From: Escherichia phage UPWr_E1
Direction: 5' to 3' (one strand)
DNA: 64,000 nt
Sequence record: PP418985.1
Part shown: piece by piece, positions 1-9,498 of the stretch
Layout of the letters: each line of letters begins with the position of its first letter
How positions within the stretch are numbered: position 1 is the stretch's first letter
Made by a program: the position numbers and the translations under genes
The notes under the pieces: generated by a model
The model's database searches: none
Told to the model about the DNA's origin: nothing
Seen by the model: the letters and a program-made list of their open reading frames with translations, nothing else

Positions 1-798
1 CTTTCAGAAGAATCACGCGAATCAATGATGGAACGTATGGATAATTACATCGAAACATATGGCATTGAGGGGATTAATGGTTACATGATCACTGAGATGA
101 TCAGCGATCAGATTAACTTTGATGATTATGTGAAGATTATCCGCTTCCTTGAGCGCGAGACACAAGATTATGGATTTGTCAAGAAAATCATTAATGTGAT
201 GTATGAAGTACACTCCGAAGATTTTGGAGATAATGTATTCAAATATTACAAACATAACAACATAACCCCCGCAGAATATAATGCAATCTGTGATTATGTG
301 TCTGAACAATACGAATGGGTAAATGGTGCTCTCTTAGGCGAGGAAGACATGACCGACGAGATATCAGAGATTGTCGATTTGATGGATTGTGTCATGGATA
401 AAACCGAAAAGTTAAACGGTACTCTTTATCGTGGTCAACATCTTGACATTCAAACAATAGAGCGTATTATTGAAGATAAGGAATTTACCTTTAAAAACTT
501 TGTGTCGACCAGCATGACACCGATCATTTTTGGAGGATGGCTTTCAAACAGCACTAGCCTTTATTGTGAGAATCGATATGAATCGATGACCGGAAAGATG
601 CAACATTCTTGTAATGTATCATGGGTAATTGACGTAAAAGATCATAAAGGTTTTGTTGTTGGGTCGATTGCATGGAATCCTTGCGAATGTGAAGTAATTT
701 TACCGCGCGGGACTTGCATAAAGGTAAACGACGTAGTAGAATCCTTCGGCGATGAGAATCGTAGACAATTTACAATTTTCGGTGAGGTGACTAAATGA
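1..798 (+). CDS. alt: ADP-ribosyltransferase, Alt-like; ORF is open to the window start so the 5' end is missing
   Basis: Frame 1 is open from base 1. R-S-E triad of ADP-ribosyltransferases read in order: LYRGQ (Arg), FVSTSM (Ser-Thr-Ser), ECEVIL (Glu-x-Glu). Sits next to gene 54 as alt does in T4. Confidence 0.5.
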   Translation, partial: LSEESRESMMERMDNYIETYGIEGINGYMITEMISDQINFDDYVKIIRFLERETQDYGFVKKIINVMYEVHSEDFGDNVFKYYKHNNITPAEYNAICDYVSEQYEWVNGALLGEEDMTDEISEIVDLMDCVMDKTEKLNGTLYRGQHLDIQTIERIIEDKEFTFKNFVSTSMTPIIFGGWLSNSTSLYCENRYESMTGKMQHSCNVSWVIDVKDHKGFVVGSIAWNPCECEVILPRGTCIKVNDVVESFGDENRRQFTIFGEVTK

Positions 799-1280
799 AA
801 ATGATTAAACTGATTGGTCTTGCGGCTGCATTCATGCTTACTGGTTGTGCTAACATGGAAGCTATGATGAATGCTAAATCAGATCCGGTTTTCTTGCTTC
901 GTGAATGTAAAGCAGCATATGCAAGCGATGATCAGATCGAATCGTGCTTTATTTCTAAAATGGAACGTCGAGACGTGGATCGCGTTAAAGTTGGTTTAGC
1001 ACCACAGACGCAGATGTTCAAGGATGCAATCAAAGAAGCGCGGGAAAAGAAAGCACGAGAAGAAAAGAAGCGTCAAGAAGAATTGCGCAAGCAGAAAGAA
1101 GAGTCTATACAACTTGAGAAGATGAAAGCACGCGATCGTTGTATTATCATGTCTGACATGCAGATAGAGCAAGAAGCAAGAAAGGCAGCATTAAACGGTG
1201 ATTATGACCGTTATGAAGAACTTAACAGCGCAGAATTTCAAGCTAAGGCACTAAAATATTGCAATGATTTAGCAAAATAA
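795..1280 (+). CDS. Putative lipoprotein with Lys/Glu-rich coiled-coil region (161 aa)
   Basis: N-terminal signal peptide with lipobox LTGC (MKMIKLIGLAAAFMLTGC); ATGA overlap with the upstream ART gene; charged KE-rich middle. Confidence 0.55.
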   Translation: MKMIKLIGLAAAFMLTGCANMEAMMNAKSDPVFLLRECKAAYASDDQIESCFISKMERRDVDRVKVGLAPQTQMFKDAIKEAREKKAREEKKRQEELRKQKEESIQLEKMKARDRCIIMSDMQIEQEARKAALNGDYDRYEELNSAEFQAKALKYCNDLAK

Positions 1281-1306
1281 AAAGGCGGGGATAATCCCCG
1301 CCTTTC
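1281..1306. terminator. Hairpin between convergent genes, likely bidirectional rho-independent terminator
   Basis: aaaggcgggg-ataa-tccccgccttt perfect stem flanked by A/T runs, between the plus-strand lipoprotein gene and minus-strand gene 54. Confidence 0.6.
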
Positions 1307-1311
1307 GCTTA

Positions 1312-2244
1312 TCAGAACCAGTTAGTGACAGTATTCACCACACGCCCACCAACGCCATTTAGACGCGATAAAGCATTACCAGCAGCAGATAACCCACTAT
1401 CAAGTAAATTGTTCCCGAAAGTGTTTGTTATTGCGTTTATGGCCTTATCCTCAATCCATTCCCGCGCGGCTTGCTCGCCTACTGCACCAGTTTGCATAGA
1501 ACGATATGCAAAAGTAACATCGAATGTTGTGATTTCGTTGTTATTTTCATAGGTTAATTCCGGTGCACTCACACCAACAGGAACACAACCACTAAACATC
1601 ATGATCGTGTGAGGAACACCCATCCTATTATGCAAATTGACCTGAATATCTGCTTCAACGTCAACAGGAAGCGCACGAAGCCCTGTAACGGGGTCTTCTA
1701 CTGAGTTAACCCAATCCTGCATTGCTCTATAGTTTGATGCGCTAGAGTCCATTCTAAAGCTCAATACAAGAGGATCAAAATCACGTCCGGTAATTCGAAT
1801 GTTTGGCGCATTGTGGTTACGGTCCATTTCATAACTCAATCTGTTTTCTGGAACCTTAACTGCATACACCAGAAGACCGCTTGTCTTATATGCCATATTG
1901 AACCAATCAAGAGCATATGTACCAACATCAAATTGCCCCAGAAGAGATTGAACTACGCGGGATGACATTGCACCCAAAAGATATTTTTTGACACCGGATG
2001 AATCAACCGCACGCCTAACGCCCTGTACAGCAAGATTAGTCAATGCGTCAGTATAATCACCACGAGTAATCCCGAAATAGTCATTTAATGCATTTGGTAT
2101 AATATCATATACCGCACCACCCATACTTTCTAGGATCGCTTGTGTCTTATTACTTGGTGTGGTGGCAAATGCCACGCTGAATAAGTTAGATCGCTGAAAG
2201 TCAAGGTTAGCGGCTTGTTCGTTAAAATCATTTAAATCAAACAT
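1312..2244 (-). CDS. 54: Baseplate tail tube initiator gp54
   Basis: 310 aa (T4 gp54 about 320 aa); last gene of the 51-27-28-29-48-54 order; T4-like context. Confidence 0.75.
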   Translation of the reverse strand: MFDLNDFNEQAANLDFQRSNLFSVAFATTPSNKTQAILESMGGAVYDIIPNALNDYFGITRGDYTDALTNLAVQGVRRAVDSSGVKKYLLGAMSSRVVQSLLGQFDVGTYALDWFNMAYKTSGLLVYAVKVPENRLSYEMDRNHNAPNIRITGRDFDPLVLSFRMDSSASNYRAMQDWVNSVEDPVTGLRALPVDVEADIQVNLHNRMGVPHTIMMFSGCVPVGVSAPELTYENNNEITTFDVTFAYRSMQTGAVGEQAAREWIEDKAINAITNTFGNNLLDSGLSAAGNALSRLNGVGGRVVNTVTNWF

Positions 2245-3302
2245 TATGCCGCACTCCCAAATATAGTACCACGGGAAAGTGTCAAGATCTCCCTAAATGA
2301 TACTTCCAGAACAAAGGTACTAGGCAAGTTAGGAGAAATAGCAAGGCCATTAAACTTACCATCAGGCGACTTGTCCAGACGTACACTTGAGATCTGAGCG
2401 GGACCAAATGCATCGCTACGCCCTTCAAATGATGTACGCTTACCGAAGTTAGAGATCATCCATATTGTCGGGTTAGATACAGTAATCACGTTGGATAGGA
2501 AATCAGTGATCCCCTCAAAAAGAGTATCATTTTTCTTTGCTTCGGCTGGCGTCGATTTGCTCAACAGCGTATTTTTATACCATGCATCAACTTCCGCTTT
2601 TAATTCTTTTGCGGTGCTGGAAATACCGCTAGAACCATAAGACAATTCTAAAAACGTTTCGTATATGATCAGAATATTGCGAAGGTCTTCAATACTACGT
2701 GGGGTTAGATGCCATACATAGTTTTTAGTTCGTGCGTCAGCACCAGCATACATGCTTCGAGCAGTATTATAAATCTGTTCACCGTGATCGGCAAGGTATC
2801 CACCAGTAATACTTTCTATACCACCAAAAACGGCAGTAGATGCCATATTTGATAGAGCGCCACCTAAAGTACCGCCACCACGAGAAATAACAGATTCGCC
2901 AACATCATTAAACTTATGGCTTGCGGCGTCAACGTCAGATTGACTACGAGGAAGAAGAATATTAGCAATTGCCTCGCGGTCAAATGCAGTATTTCTTCCG
3001 CCCAGATTTAAATCAAAACCAGCAATATTAACGCTACCACCAAAACCACTAGCAACATTTTTCTTTTTTCTGAAATCACGCAATGATCCAGTTGTGCGAG
3101 ATGTATAATCATATGCAGTGAATAACAGACCATTATTATATAAGTCGTTGATATAATAACCGCTAGCATCATTACCGCTAGCACGTTCAGCGGGGAATTG
3201 AGCGGTTAATGTTTTCCCTTTATTTTTTGAGGTAAAACCAGCGGAGGTTTTAACCCCCGCTTTAAAGCTATCAACGGCATCATTGATAACACTAATTTTC
3301 AT
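2244..3302 (-). CDS. 48: Baseplate tail tube cap gp48
   Basis: 352 aa (T4 gp48 about 364 aa); synteny between 29 and 54; start/stop overlap with neighbours. Confidence 0.75.
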   Translation of the reverse strand: MKISVINDAVDSFKAGVKTSAGFTSKNKGKTLTAQFPAERASGNDASGYYINDLYNNGLLFTAYDYTSRTTGSLRDFRKKKNVASGFGGSVNIAGFDLNLGGRNTAFDREAIANILLPRSQSDVDAASHKFNDVGESVISRGGGTLGGALSNMASTAVFGGIESITGGYLADHGEQIYNTARSMYAGADARTKNYVWHLTPRSIEDLRNILIIYETFLELSYGSSGISSTAKELKAEVDAWYKNTLLSKSTPAEAKKNDTLFEGITDFLSNVITVSNPTIWMISNFGKRTSFEGRSDAFGPAQISSVRLDKSPDGKFNGLAISPNLPSTFVLEVSFREILTLSRGTIFGSAA

Positions 3303-5035
3303 TAAAAGATCCCCATATTAATTGTACCGGGTGCATCAATTCGAGTTGTAGGCGCGCCCTGTTTAATAGTTCTATTGTTTGTTACAATTTGTGTATTATT
3401 TACATTTGCCGTCTGGTTTGTCGTTTGTTGCTGGATTGCAGCTTGTTTCTGCATTTGTTCAGTACGGTCCGCTTGTCTTGCTGTTTCCGTTTCAGTTGCA
3501 GGAACAGGTTTAGTTTGAATCACACCCTTAGTTTTATCAGCATACATCTCATCAAATTTTTCAATAAGACGCTCTAACTGAGAACGATCACTTTCAACTA
3601 ATGTAGGATCTTGAACTTGCTCACGGTAAACATCAATATCCTTTTTCAACTCTCCCATTTTTTCTTTGTCATAATCACCGCTCAAGTTCTCCATAACTTC
3701 ATTAATATTATTGATCGCACCCTCGCTTTTAATTCTAAGTTTACGACTAGCAGATCGTTGTTCAGCAGAAACAGACTCATATTCCCCGCGCTTTAATTCT
3801 TCTTGTCGCTTCTCTGCGTCAACATCCTTTTGATCTCGCCAACCCAGACTAACAAGTCCTTCATTAACTTTATCTTTAATGGAGTCACCGATAGCCTCAC
3901 CAATATCACGGGCTTTTCCGGTCCAACCAGTACGCTCTCCGTATTTGTCCTCTTCATGCTCGGATTCAACTTTATCCATCAATTCAAGTTCTCTTTCGGT
4001 TGGCGTATATCCCTGTGAAACAGCAGACTTCAAAGCACCATATTCTAACTGATCAGCATAATCACCCATACCAGGGATCATGCGAAGAATTTTAGCAATA
4101 CCGGTAGTGATAATTCGATCAAGTTGGATAAAGGTTTTATAGAATGCATCACCAATACCCATAACAAGAGATTTAATTAATTCTCCATATTCACCCTTAG
4201 ACCAATAATCTCGAACTTGACGAATAGTTGTTAAAATATCGCTAATAGGACCAGCCCATTCTCCGGCCTTATCCATAAATTCATCGAATTTTGTTTCGAA
4301 TAAATCACTCCAATATCTGAAATGAATCATCAGGGTATCAATGGCAAAAACAACACCCATCAAAATAGCACCCCATTTTGCGGCTTCTGCCATAGCGGTC
4401 AAGGTGATCTTAAATAACATCCCTAAGACCTTATTAGAGATACCTATGGTTTCTTTAAATCCTCCACGAACAACTTTAAGAAGATTTTCCATAGAATCCG
4501 CATTGCGCTTATCTGCGGCGTTCTTTTTCTTCCGTTCCTCAACATCTGGTTTTTTCTTTGGAAGACCTTGATAGTTGTCATTATTAGGCTGTTCCGGTAC
4601 AGTAGGCAAAACTGGCTGAGGTGATGGCATTGTTTGCGGTTGTTCCGGTTTTTTCAGTGCTTCTTCAATCGCACCAATACCGCTAGCCATTTTACTGACA
4701 ACACCAAATCTACGTTCCATCATAACACCAAAACCACGTAATTTCTCATTCATCTGAGAAGAGAAATTATTGAGTTTTTGCAATTCTTCATAAGTTTTTT
4801 GGGTATTGCCAGCGGTAGATTGTGTATTTTCTGCCGTCAATTCATTGGCTGCGGTGTTATCCTCTACCGCACCAACAACTTCATTAGATTTTTGTTCTAC
4901 TGTCTCCGCCACCAATTCGGTAGCGGCTTGCAAATTATCAATAGAATCAAGTTTATCTAATTTGTTAAGTTTATCAATCGGATTTTCTTCCGCTTCCTTG
5001 CGCATCCCGCGAAATGATGTTAATGCGTCATTCAT
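3302..5035 (-). CDS. 29: Baseplate hub / tail length determinator gp29
   Basis: 577 aa (T4 gp29 about 590 aa); synteny; coupled to 28 and 48. Confidence 0.75.
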   Translation of the reverse strand: MNDALTSFRGMRKEAEENPIDKLNKLDKLDSIDNLQAATELVAETVEQKSNEVVGAVEDNTAANELTAENTQSTAGNTQKTYEELQKLNNFSSQMNEKLRGFGVMMERRFGVVSKMASGIGAIEEALKKPEQPQTMPSPQPVLPTVPEQPNNDNYQGLPKKKPDVEERKKKNAADKRNADSMENLLKVVRGGFKETIGISNKVLGMLFKITLTAMAEAAKWGAILMGVVFAIDTLMIHFRYWSDLFETKFDEFMDKAGEWAGPISDILTTIRQVRDYWSKGEYGELIKSLVMGIGDAFYKTFIQLDRIITTGIAKILRMIPGMGDYADQLEYGALKSAVSQGYTPTERELELMDKVESEHEEDKYGERTGWTGKARDIGEAIGDSIKDKVNEGLVSLGWRDQKDVDAEKRQEELKRGEYESVSAEQRSASRKLRIKSEGAINNINEVMENLSGDYDKEKMGELKKDIDVYREQVQDPTLVESDRSQLERLIEKFDEMYADKTKGVIQTKPVPATETETARQADRTEQMQKQAAIQQQTTNQTANVNNTQIVTNNRTIKQGAPTTRIDAPGTINMGIF

Positions 5036-5550
5036 GATAGGCGATCCAATATGTTAATTCCACCATAGATAGTGCCTTCCGGCGTATCCAGCGCAATAGT
5101 TTTTCTTAATCCGGTAGCCCAATCCATAATAAAAGCTGGAAAATCATGGAAGTCTACGCTAGGATCGTGATAATGATGACTCAAGAAATCAGCGTCATCG
5201 ATAATGGGGTCAGAAGTGTACATTGGATTTTTAAATTTAAAGACTTTACCATTTAAAGTAAATTCCGTCTCTGTACAAATATACACATCACACAACTTAA
5301 GACCATCCTTTTCTTCCAGACATTTACCATTAAACGCACAAAGGTTAAGCATAACCAATTCAGACTCGGCAGCGTTTAACCCAGGACAGATTGAATCAAG
5401 AAGAATCTTTAATGTTTCATCACAGCTACGAACATCTTTTAATAATCGATGTTGCTTAATCCCCATTTTTGGGATCTTGATATGTTTCCCGTTTATCTCT
5501 AATTTTTTTACAGGAACAACAAATTTTAACATAGGTTTAGTTTCTGTCAT
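5032..5550 (-). CDS. 28: Baseplate hub distal subunit gp28
   Basis: 172 aa (T4 gp28 about 177 aa); synteny 27-28-29. Confidence 0.7.
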   Translation of the reverse strand: MTETKPMLKFVVPVKKLEINGKHIKIPKMGIKQHRLLKDVRSCDETLKILLDSICPGLNAAESELVMLNLCAFNGKCLEEKDGLKLCDVYICTETEFTLNGKVFKFKNPMYTSDPIIDDADFLSHHYHDPSVDFHDFPAFIMDWATGLRKTIALDTPEGTIYGGINILDRLS

Positions 5551-6659
5551 TATATCTTACCTTCAAATTTGACTTCCTGCAATTCTTCGCTGTTACCGAT
5601 CATATACAGGTGAGTTAATGATTGCTCTCGGCTAATTTCATGCACAACTTCGTCAACAATAAAATCATTGCGTGCTTGTTGCTTCTCATCAAAGAATCGA
5701 ATAACCATACCGGGGCGCAACGAAAAATTACCGTGACACACGGCGGTAGCATACGAATCATATTGTTCTATTGTGGCAAGTTTAGAACCTTCCAAAAACG
5801 CATTCTTATAAGTTAAATCGCCGTAAGCGCCACCATGAGCAAAGTGTGCAATATTATCCCCATTACCAACAACAATTTTATTATACTGCTTAGTAACAAA
5901 ATCAATAGCTGTGTATGTCACATTGCTAAATGAATTTTTAACTTTAGCATTGCTCTTAGTCTGCCACTCGAAATTAAAAACCATCAGATTAGGCGACATA
6001 TCAATAAATTGCCCCATGAGTCTAGGCTCACAGATTATAGCTGGTATTGGCTCATTTTTTAATATTGTATCGTGTCCAGCGATCGTTATACCATCAAAAT
6101 CTTCCCAGCAATACACGAAAGACTCGGTTTCTACGCTTTGCCCGTATGCCCTCACAAAATCCATATAGTCATTTATGGTACTAACCCACGGACAACGAGG
6201 AATAACAACGTTATCACCCTTTATACTAGGTTTCCATAAAGGAACTTCCTTATAGATGGCATCAATCATGCTAGTTACGTTATTAACAGCGTTATTTGTT
6301 AATGAGCGAGAAAATTTAAGGTTTAGTGTTTCGTGATAGCTCTTTAACTGGAATGTTAAAATGTTGTCGGATTTTTGGTCAATTGTTACATTACTATGAG
6401 AGATCCCATAGATTCGGTTAAACACTTCATCTGTATTAGCAGTGGATAGCGAAATCTGAATGATCTCTCTCCCGTTTAATTTTGTATGCATCGCCTTATT
6501 ATCATAGAATTGCAACAATCCTTCGTTCACCCCACGAATCGAATCACGCAGAGTCATTGTAACAAAGGTAGCACCCAATTCTATAAAGCGATGATTTAGA
6601 AATGCCTCATAATCCTGATAAAGTTTTATTGAGACATTAGGAAACCCCGTTCTTTGCAT
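5550..6659 (-). CDS. 27: Baseplate hub subunit gp27
   Basis: 369 aa (T4 gp27 about 391 aa); synteny 51-27-28. Confidence 0.75.
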   Translation of the reverse strand: MQRTGFPNVSIKLYQDYEAFLNHRFIELGATFVTMTLRDSIRGVNEGLLQFYDNKAMHTKLNGREIIQISLSTANTDEVFNRIYGISHSNVTIDQKSDNILTFQLKSYHETLNLKFSRSLTNNAVNNVTSMIDAIYKEVPLWKPSIKGDNVVIPRCPWVSTINDYMDFVRAYGQSVETESFVYCWEDFDGITIAGHDTILKNEPIPAIICEPRLMGQFIDMSPNLMVFNFEWQTKSNAKVKNSFSNVTYTAIDFVTKQYNKIVVGNGDNIAHFAHGGAYGDLTYKNAFLEGSKLATIEQYDSYATAVCHGNFSLRPGMVIRFFDEKQQARNDFIVDEVVHEISREQSLTHLYMIGNSEELQEVKFEGKI

Positions 6660-7407
6660 TGTTTGCCTCTTTTACGTCTTTCTCGACCAGTGTCAGTGCA
6701 ATGTTTCTCTCGACGGGTAACATATCCATAAGATCACTGATAGAATAATTTGATTTTGCCAATAGATGGTTTATTCGATAAAAGATGAATAACTCATCTG
6801 GATTCAACAACAATTTGAATAATGGAAGAAGACCTATGTATTTCAGGTCATGACTTTCACAACAAGATATCTTTTGTTCGATCTTGATCGTGTGCATCTG
6901 CTTAACAACTTCTTCAAATTCAGCAAATGAGATTGAATCGATAACCTGTTCTCTAACTTCTTCCGGTAATTCAGTCCATAGATAATCATTAATACCATCA
7001 GATACACGCTCTATCGCATCCAGAAACGTTTTTGCATAGTCGGTTGATGGTTTAACATACCGGAAAGTTATTTTAAGCCCTGCGGCCTCCAGAACGATTG
7101 GTTTTAGTGCTTCGACCTGTAAGTTGAGCAACATTTTTCTTTCTTTGTTGCAAGTCGGGCAAGTAAAGCAAAGCGGTATCTTAGTTTTACCAATTGAGCT
7201 AGTAAAAACGTTCAGGAAAATGTATTCACGAAATGCAGGGTCTACATCTGGATATATTTCTTCTAGTAGCTCATCCAGAATCGTTTGTTCTTCTTCTGGA
7301 TTCATCTTAATTTCAGTTGACACCAGAAGGAAATCTCTATAATCTTTTACCGTGAATGGTTTAAATCTCTGCACACCTTCCGGCAGTTTTATTCGGATAA
7401 TATTCAT
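6637..7407 (-). CDS. 51: Baseplate hub assembly catalyst gp51
   Basis: 256 aa (T4 gp51 about 249 aa); first gene of the hub operon, divergent from 26/25; late promoter upstream. Confidence 0.7.
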   Translation of the reverse strand: MNIIRIKLPEGVQRFKPFTVKDYRDFLLVSTEIKMNPEEEQTILDELLEEIYPDVDPAFREYIFLNVFTSSIGKTKIPLCFTCPTCNKERKMLLNLQVEALKPIVLEAAGLKITFRYVKPSTDYAKTFLDAIERVSDGINDYLWTELPEEVREQVIDSISFAEFEEVVKQMHTIKIEQKISCCESHDLKYIGLLPLFKLLLNPDELFIFYRINHLLAKSNYSISDLMDMLPVERNIALTLVEKDVKEANNAKNGVS

Positions 7408-7427
7408 GGTATAATCCCCCTTTCGGG

Positions 7428-7435
7428 TATTTATA
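7428..7435 (-). promoter_or_regulatory. T4-type late promoter (TATAAATA) for gene 51
   Basis: Plus-strand tatttata = TATAAATA on minus strand, about 21 nt upstream of the gene 51 ATG. Confidence 0.55.
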
Positions 7436-7477
7436 AAATACTAAATAATTCTATGTGTTTATAAAGGGTGTTTTATT

Positions 7478-8107
7478 ATGCAATACTTTTTCAAGATCCA
7501 ATTAGGCGAAAAGTTAATACACGCCCGTGCTTTCACCTTCGGCGAATTTCAAAAACTGGTAGCAGCAAAAGAGACTGGCAAGCTGTCAGATGTTGTTATC
7601 GAGATCATATACGAATGTACGGGGATCAATGCATTAGAGCTAGAGAAATGCGAAGCAGAATATATTTTTCTTCTCTTATGGTGTCACAGCCTCAATAAGA
7701 TGAAAATTGATGCTACTTGGGTATGTGGAGTATGCAATAAAGAGAAAGTATATTCTCTTGATGTTTCACGCACACAGATACCAGAAGTAGAACCGTATAT
7801 TCTGGACTTAGGCCAAATAAAAATCAAATTTCGTCAACCTAAGTTTACAGAAGATGTTGATATTATGCAGATGGTAATTGCATGTATCGAATATATCGTG
7901 ATCGGCGATCAACAATTCAATATAGACGACCTGAACGTACAGGACTTTGACCGCGTGCTGGATATGCTTACCACGGATAAAGTGGAAGAAGTGATCGACG
8001 AGCTAACAAGAAATCAAATCACGCTGGCAGTACCGATCAAGTGCGAATGCGGGGAATCTGGTGTATATTCATTATCAGGTCTATCCAGTTTCCTTAAAAT
8101 TCTTTGA
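7478..8107 (+). CDS. 26: Baseplate hub subunit gp26
   Basis: 209 aa (T4 gp26 208 aa); immediately upstream of and overlapping gene 25. Confidence 0.75.
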   Translation: MQYFFKIQLGEKLIHARAFTFGEFQKLVAAKETGKLSDVVIEIIYECTGINALELEKCEAEYIFLLLWCHSLNKMKIDATWVCGVCNKEKVYSLDVSRTQIPEVEPYILDLGQIKIKFRQPKFTEDVDIMQMVIACIEYIVIGDQQFNIDDLNVQDFDRVLDMLTTDKVEEVIDELTRNQITLAVPIKCECGESGVYSLSGLSSFLKIL

Positions 8108-8502
8108 GGTATAACATGGCAACTATTAATCAGATGTATACTGATTTGGATCTCAATATATCCAGATCGTGGAATAACGACGTTAAAAAGAACATAGGGA
8201 TTAAAGCGGTTAAGGATTCTATTCTACTGATCGTTACTACTCGCAAGGGATCTCGTCCATTTGATCCACTGTTTGGATGTGATCTCAATAAATCACTGTT
8301 TGAGAACATGAACCCACTGACAGTGGATACCTTATCAAAAAACATCAATGAGGCGATCCGAAACTATGAACCACGGGTCCGAAACCTGACAGTAGAAGTA
8401 ACCCCGCAGTACGACGATAATTCAATCATAGTATCAATCTACTTTTCGGTAATAGATAACCCAGATGATCTTGAACAACTACGCATAAGACTTGCAAAGT
8501 GA
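8104..8502 (+). CDS. 25: Baseplate wedge protein gp25 (GPW/gp25 lysozyme-like family)
   Basis: 132 aa, same as T4 gp25; strong match to remembered T4 gp25 (TRKGSRPFDP-FGCDL, LFENM-PLT, RNYEPR, FSVIDNPDD-EQ). Confidence 0.9.
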   Translation: MRYNMATINQMYTDLDLNISRSWNNDVKKNIGIKAVKDSILLIVTTRKGSRPFDPLFGCDLNKSLFENMNPLTVDTLSKNINEAIRNYEPRVRNLTVEVTPQYDDNSIIVSIYFSVIDNPDDLEQLRIRLAK

Positions 8503-8549
8503 TTTTGTGTGTGATATGATATAGGTCTTAGTGTGAATAAGGGGATATT

Positions 8550-8957
8550 ATGGACCTAAACGATTTGAAAGAACAATTAGAAGCTGACATGAAGATCGAT
8601 GCGACTAAATTGCAATGGGAGGCGCTGAATAATCCGGTAGTATACTCAAAGTGGTTAAGGATTTACAGCGAGGCGAAGCGAGAGACGATTGCTCTTGAGG
8701 CTAAAAAGAAAAAGGCTATGAAAAATCGTCTTGACTTTTACACTAACCGTAGTGATGACTGGTGTCGCGCTGAATATGAGAAATCAGAATTGAAAGTTGT
8801 TATGGCAGCAGACGACGAGATATTACCACTTGATACGAAAATTGCATATTACCAGATGGTAATGGATTTCGCTGGTCGCGCACTTGATATCGTTAAATCT
8901 CGTGGATTTGCGATCAAGAATGCTATAGAATTGCGTATGCTGGAATCTGGTCGCTAA
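8550..8957 (+). CDS. uvsY: Recombination mediator UvsY
   Basis: 135 aa; clear similarity to T4 UvsY along its length (DLKEQLE, TKLQWEA, YSKWL, KSRGFAIKN). Confidence 0.9.
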   Translation: MDLNDLKEQLEADMKIDATKLQWEALNNPVVYSKWLRIYSEAKRETIALEAKKKKAMKNRLDFYTNRSDDWCRAEYEKSELKVVMAADDEILPLDTKIAYYQMVMDFAGRALDIVKSRGFAIKNAIELRMLESGR

Positions 8958-8977
8958 ATACATGCAGGAGGAATTTT

Positions 8978-9154
8978 ATGAAAATCTGTATTTGTTGTAA
9001 ACAACCTGTCGAGGATGCGTTAGCCGTCCAGACAGAAAACGGCGTTGTTCACACTGGCTACTGCTTACAGCTAGTAACAGAACGTTCGATTAGTGAAAAT
9101 GCGAACGGCGAAGAACAAGAACAACTCGTAGAGCAAACAATGCTGTTAATGTAA
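8978..9154 (+). CDS. Small Cys-rich protein (58 aa), uvsY.-2-like position
   Basis: ATG with GGAG Shine-Dalgarno; MKICICCKQP...GYCLQ Cys cluster; not in the ORF track because under 60 aa; position matches T4 uvsY.-2. Confidence 0.5.
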   Translation: MKICICCKQPVEDALAVQTENGVVHTGYCLQLVTERSISENANGEEQEQLVEQTMLLM

Positions 9155-9186
9155 TTTGTTGATAACCGATTTTAATTGGTTTATTT

Positions 9187-9212
9187 TGCCCCATCATTGA
9201 TGGGGCTTTTTT
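9187..9212. terminator. Rho-independent terminator between uvsY.-2 (+) and uvsW.1 (-)
   Basis: gccccatcattgatggggc hairpin followed by tttttt. Confidence 0.6.
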
Positions 9213-9217
9213 ATATC

Positions 9218-9454
9218 TTAAAAATCCTCTTCTGGCTCTTCTTCTGGCTCGTTGTCCGCTTCCAATTGCTTACGGCGTCCAGCGATGGCGTCACGGATCG
9301 AAATATCATCAGCAGGTTTCAATTCTGTTTCTTTCTTGCGCTTCTCATAATATGCCTCAAGTTCATTTAATCCCTCGATAGTATTACAAGAATAAATCTT
9401 ACTCATGAAACCATCAATAGCGGCCTCAACCAAAAAACGTTTAAAGCTAATCAT
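9218..9454 (-). CDS. uvsW.1: UvsW.1-like small protein
   Basis: 78 aa immediately downstream of uvsW (T4 UvsW.1 about 76 aa); acidic C-terminus. Confidence 0.6.
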   Translation of the reverse strand: MISFKRFLVEAAIDGFMSKIYSCNTIEGLNELEAYYEKRKKETELKPADDISIRDAIAGRRKQLEADNEPEEEPEEDF

Positions 9455-9498
9455 TTTTTAATCTCCGTAGAATAAAGGGGCATTAAAGCCCCTATTTA

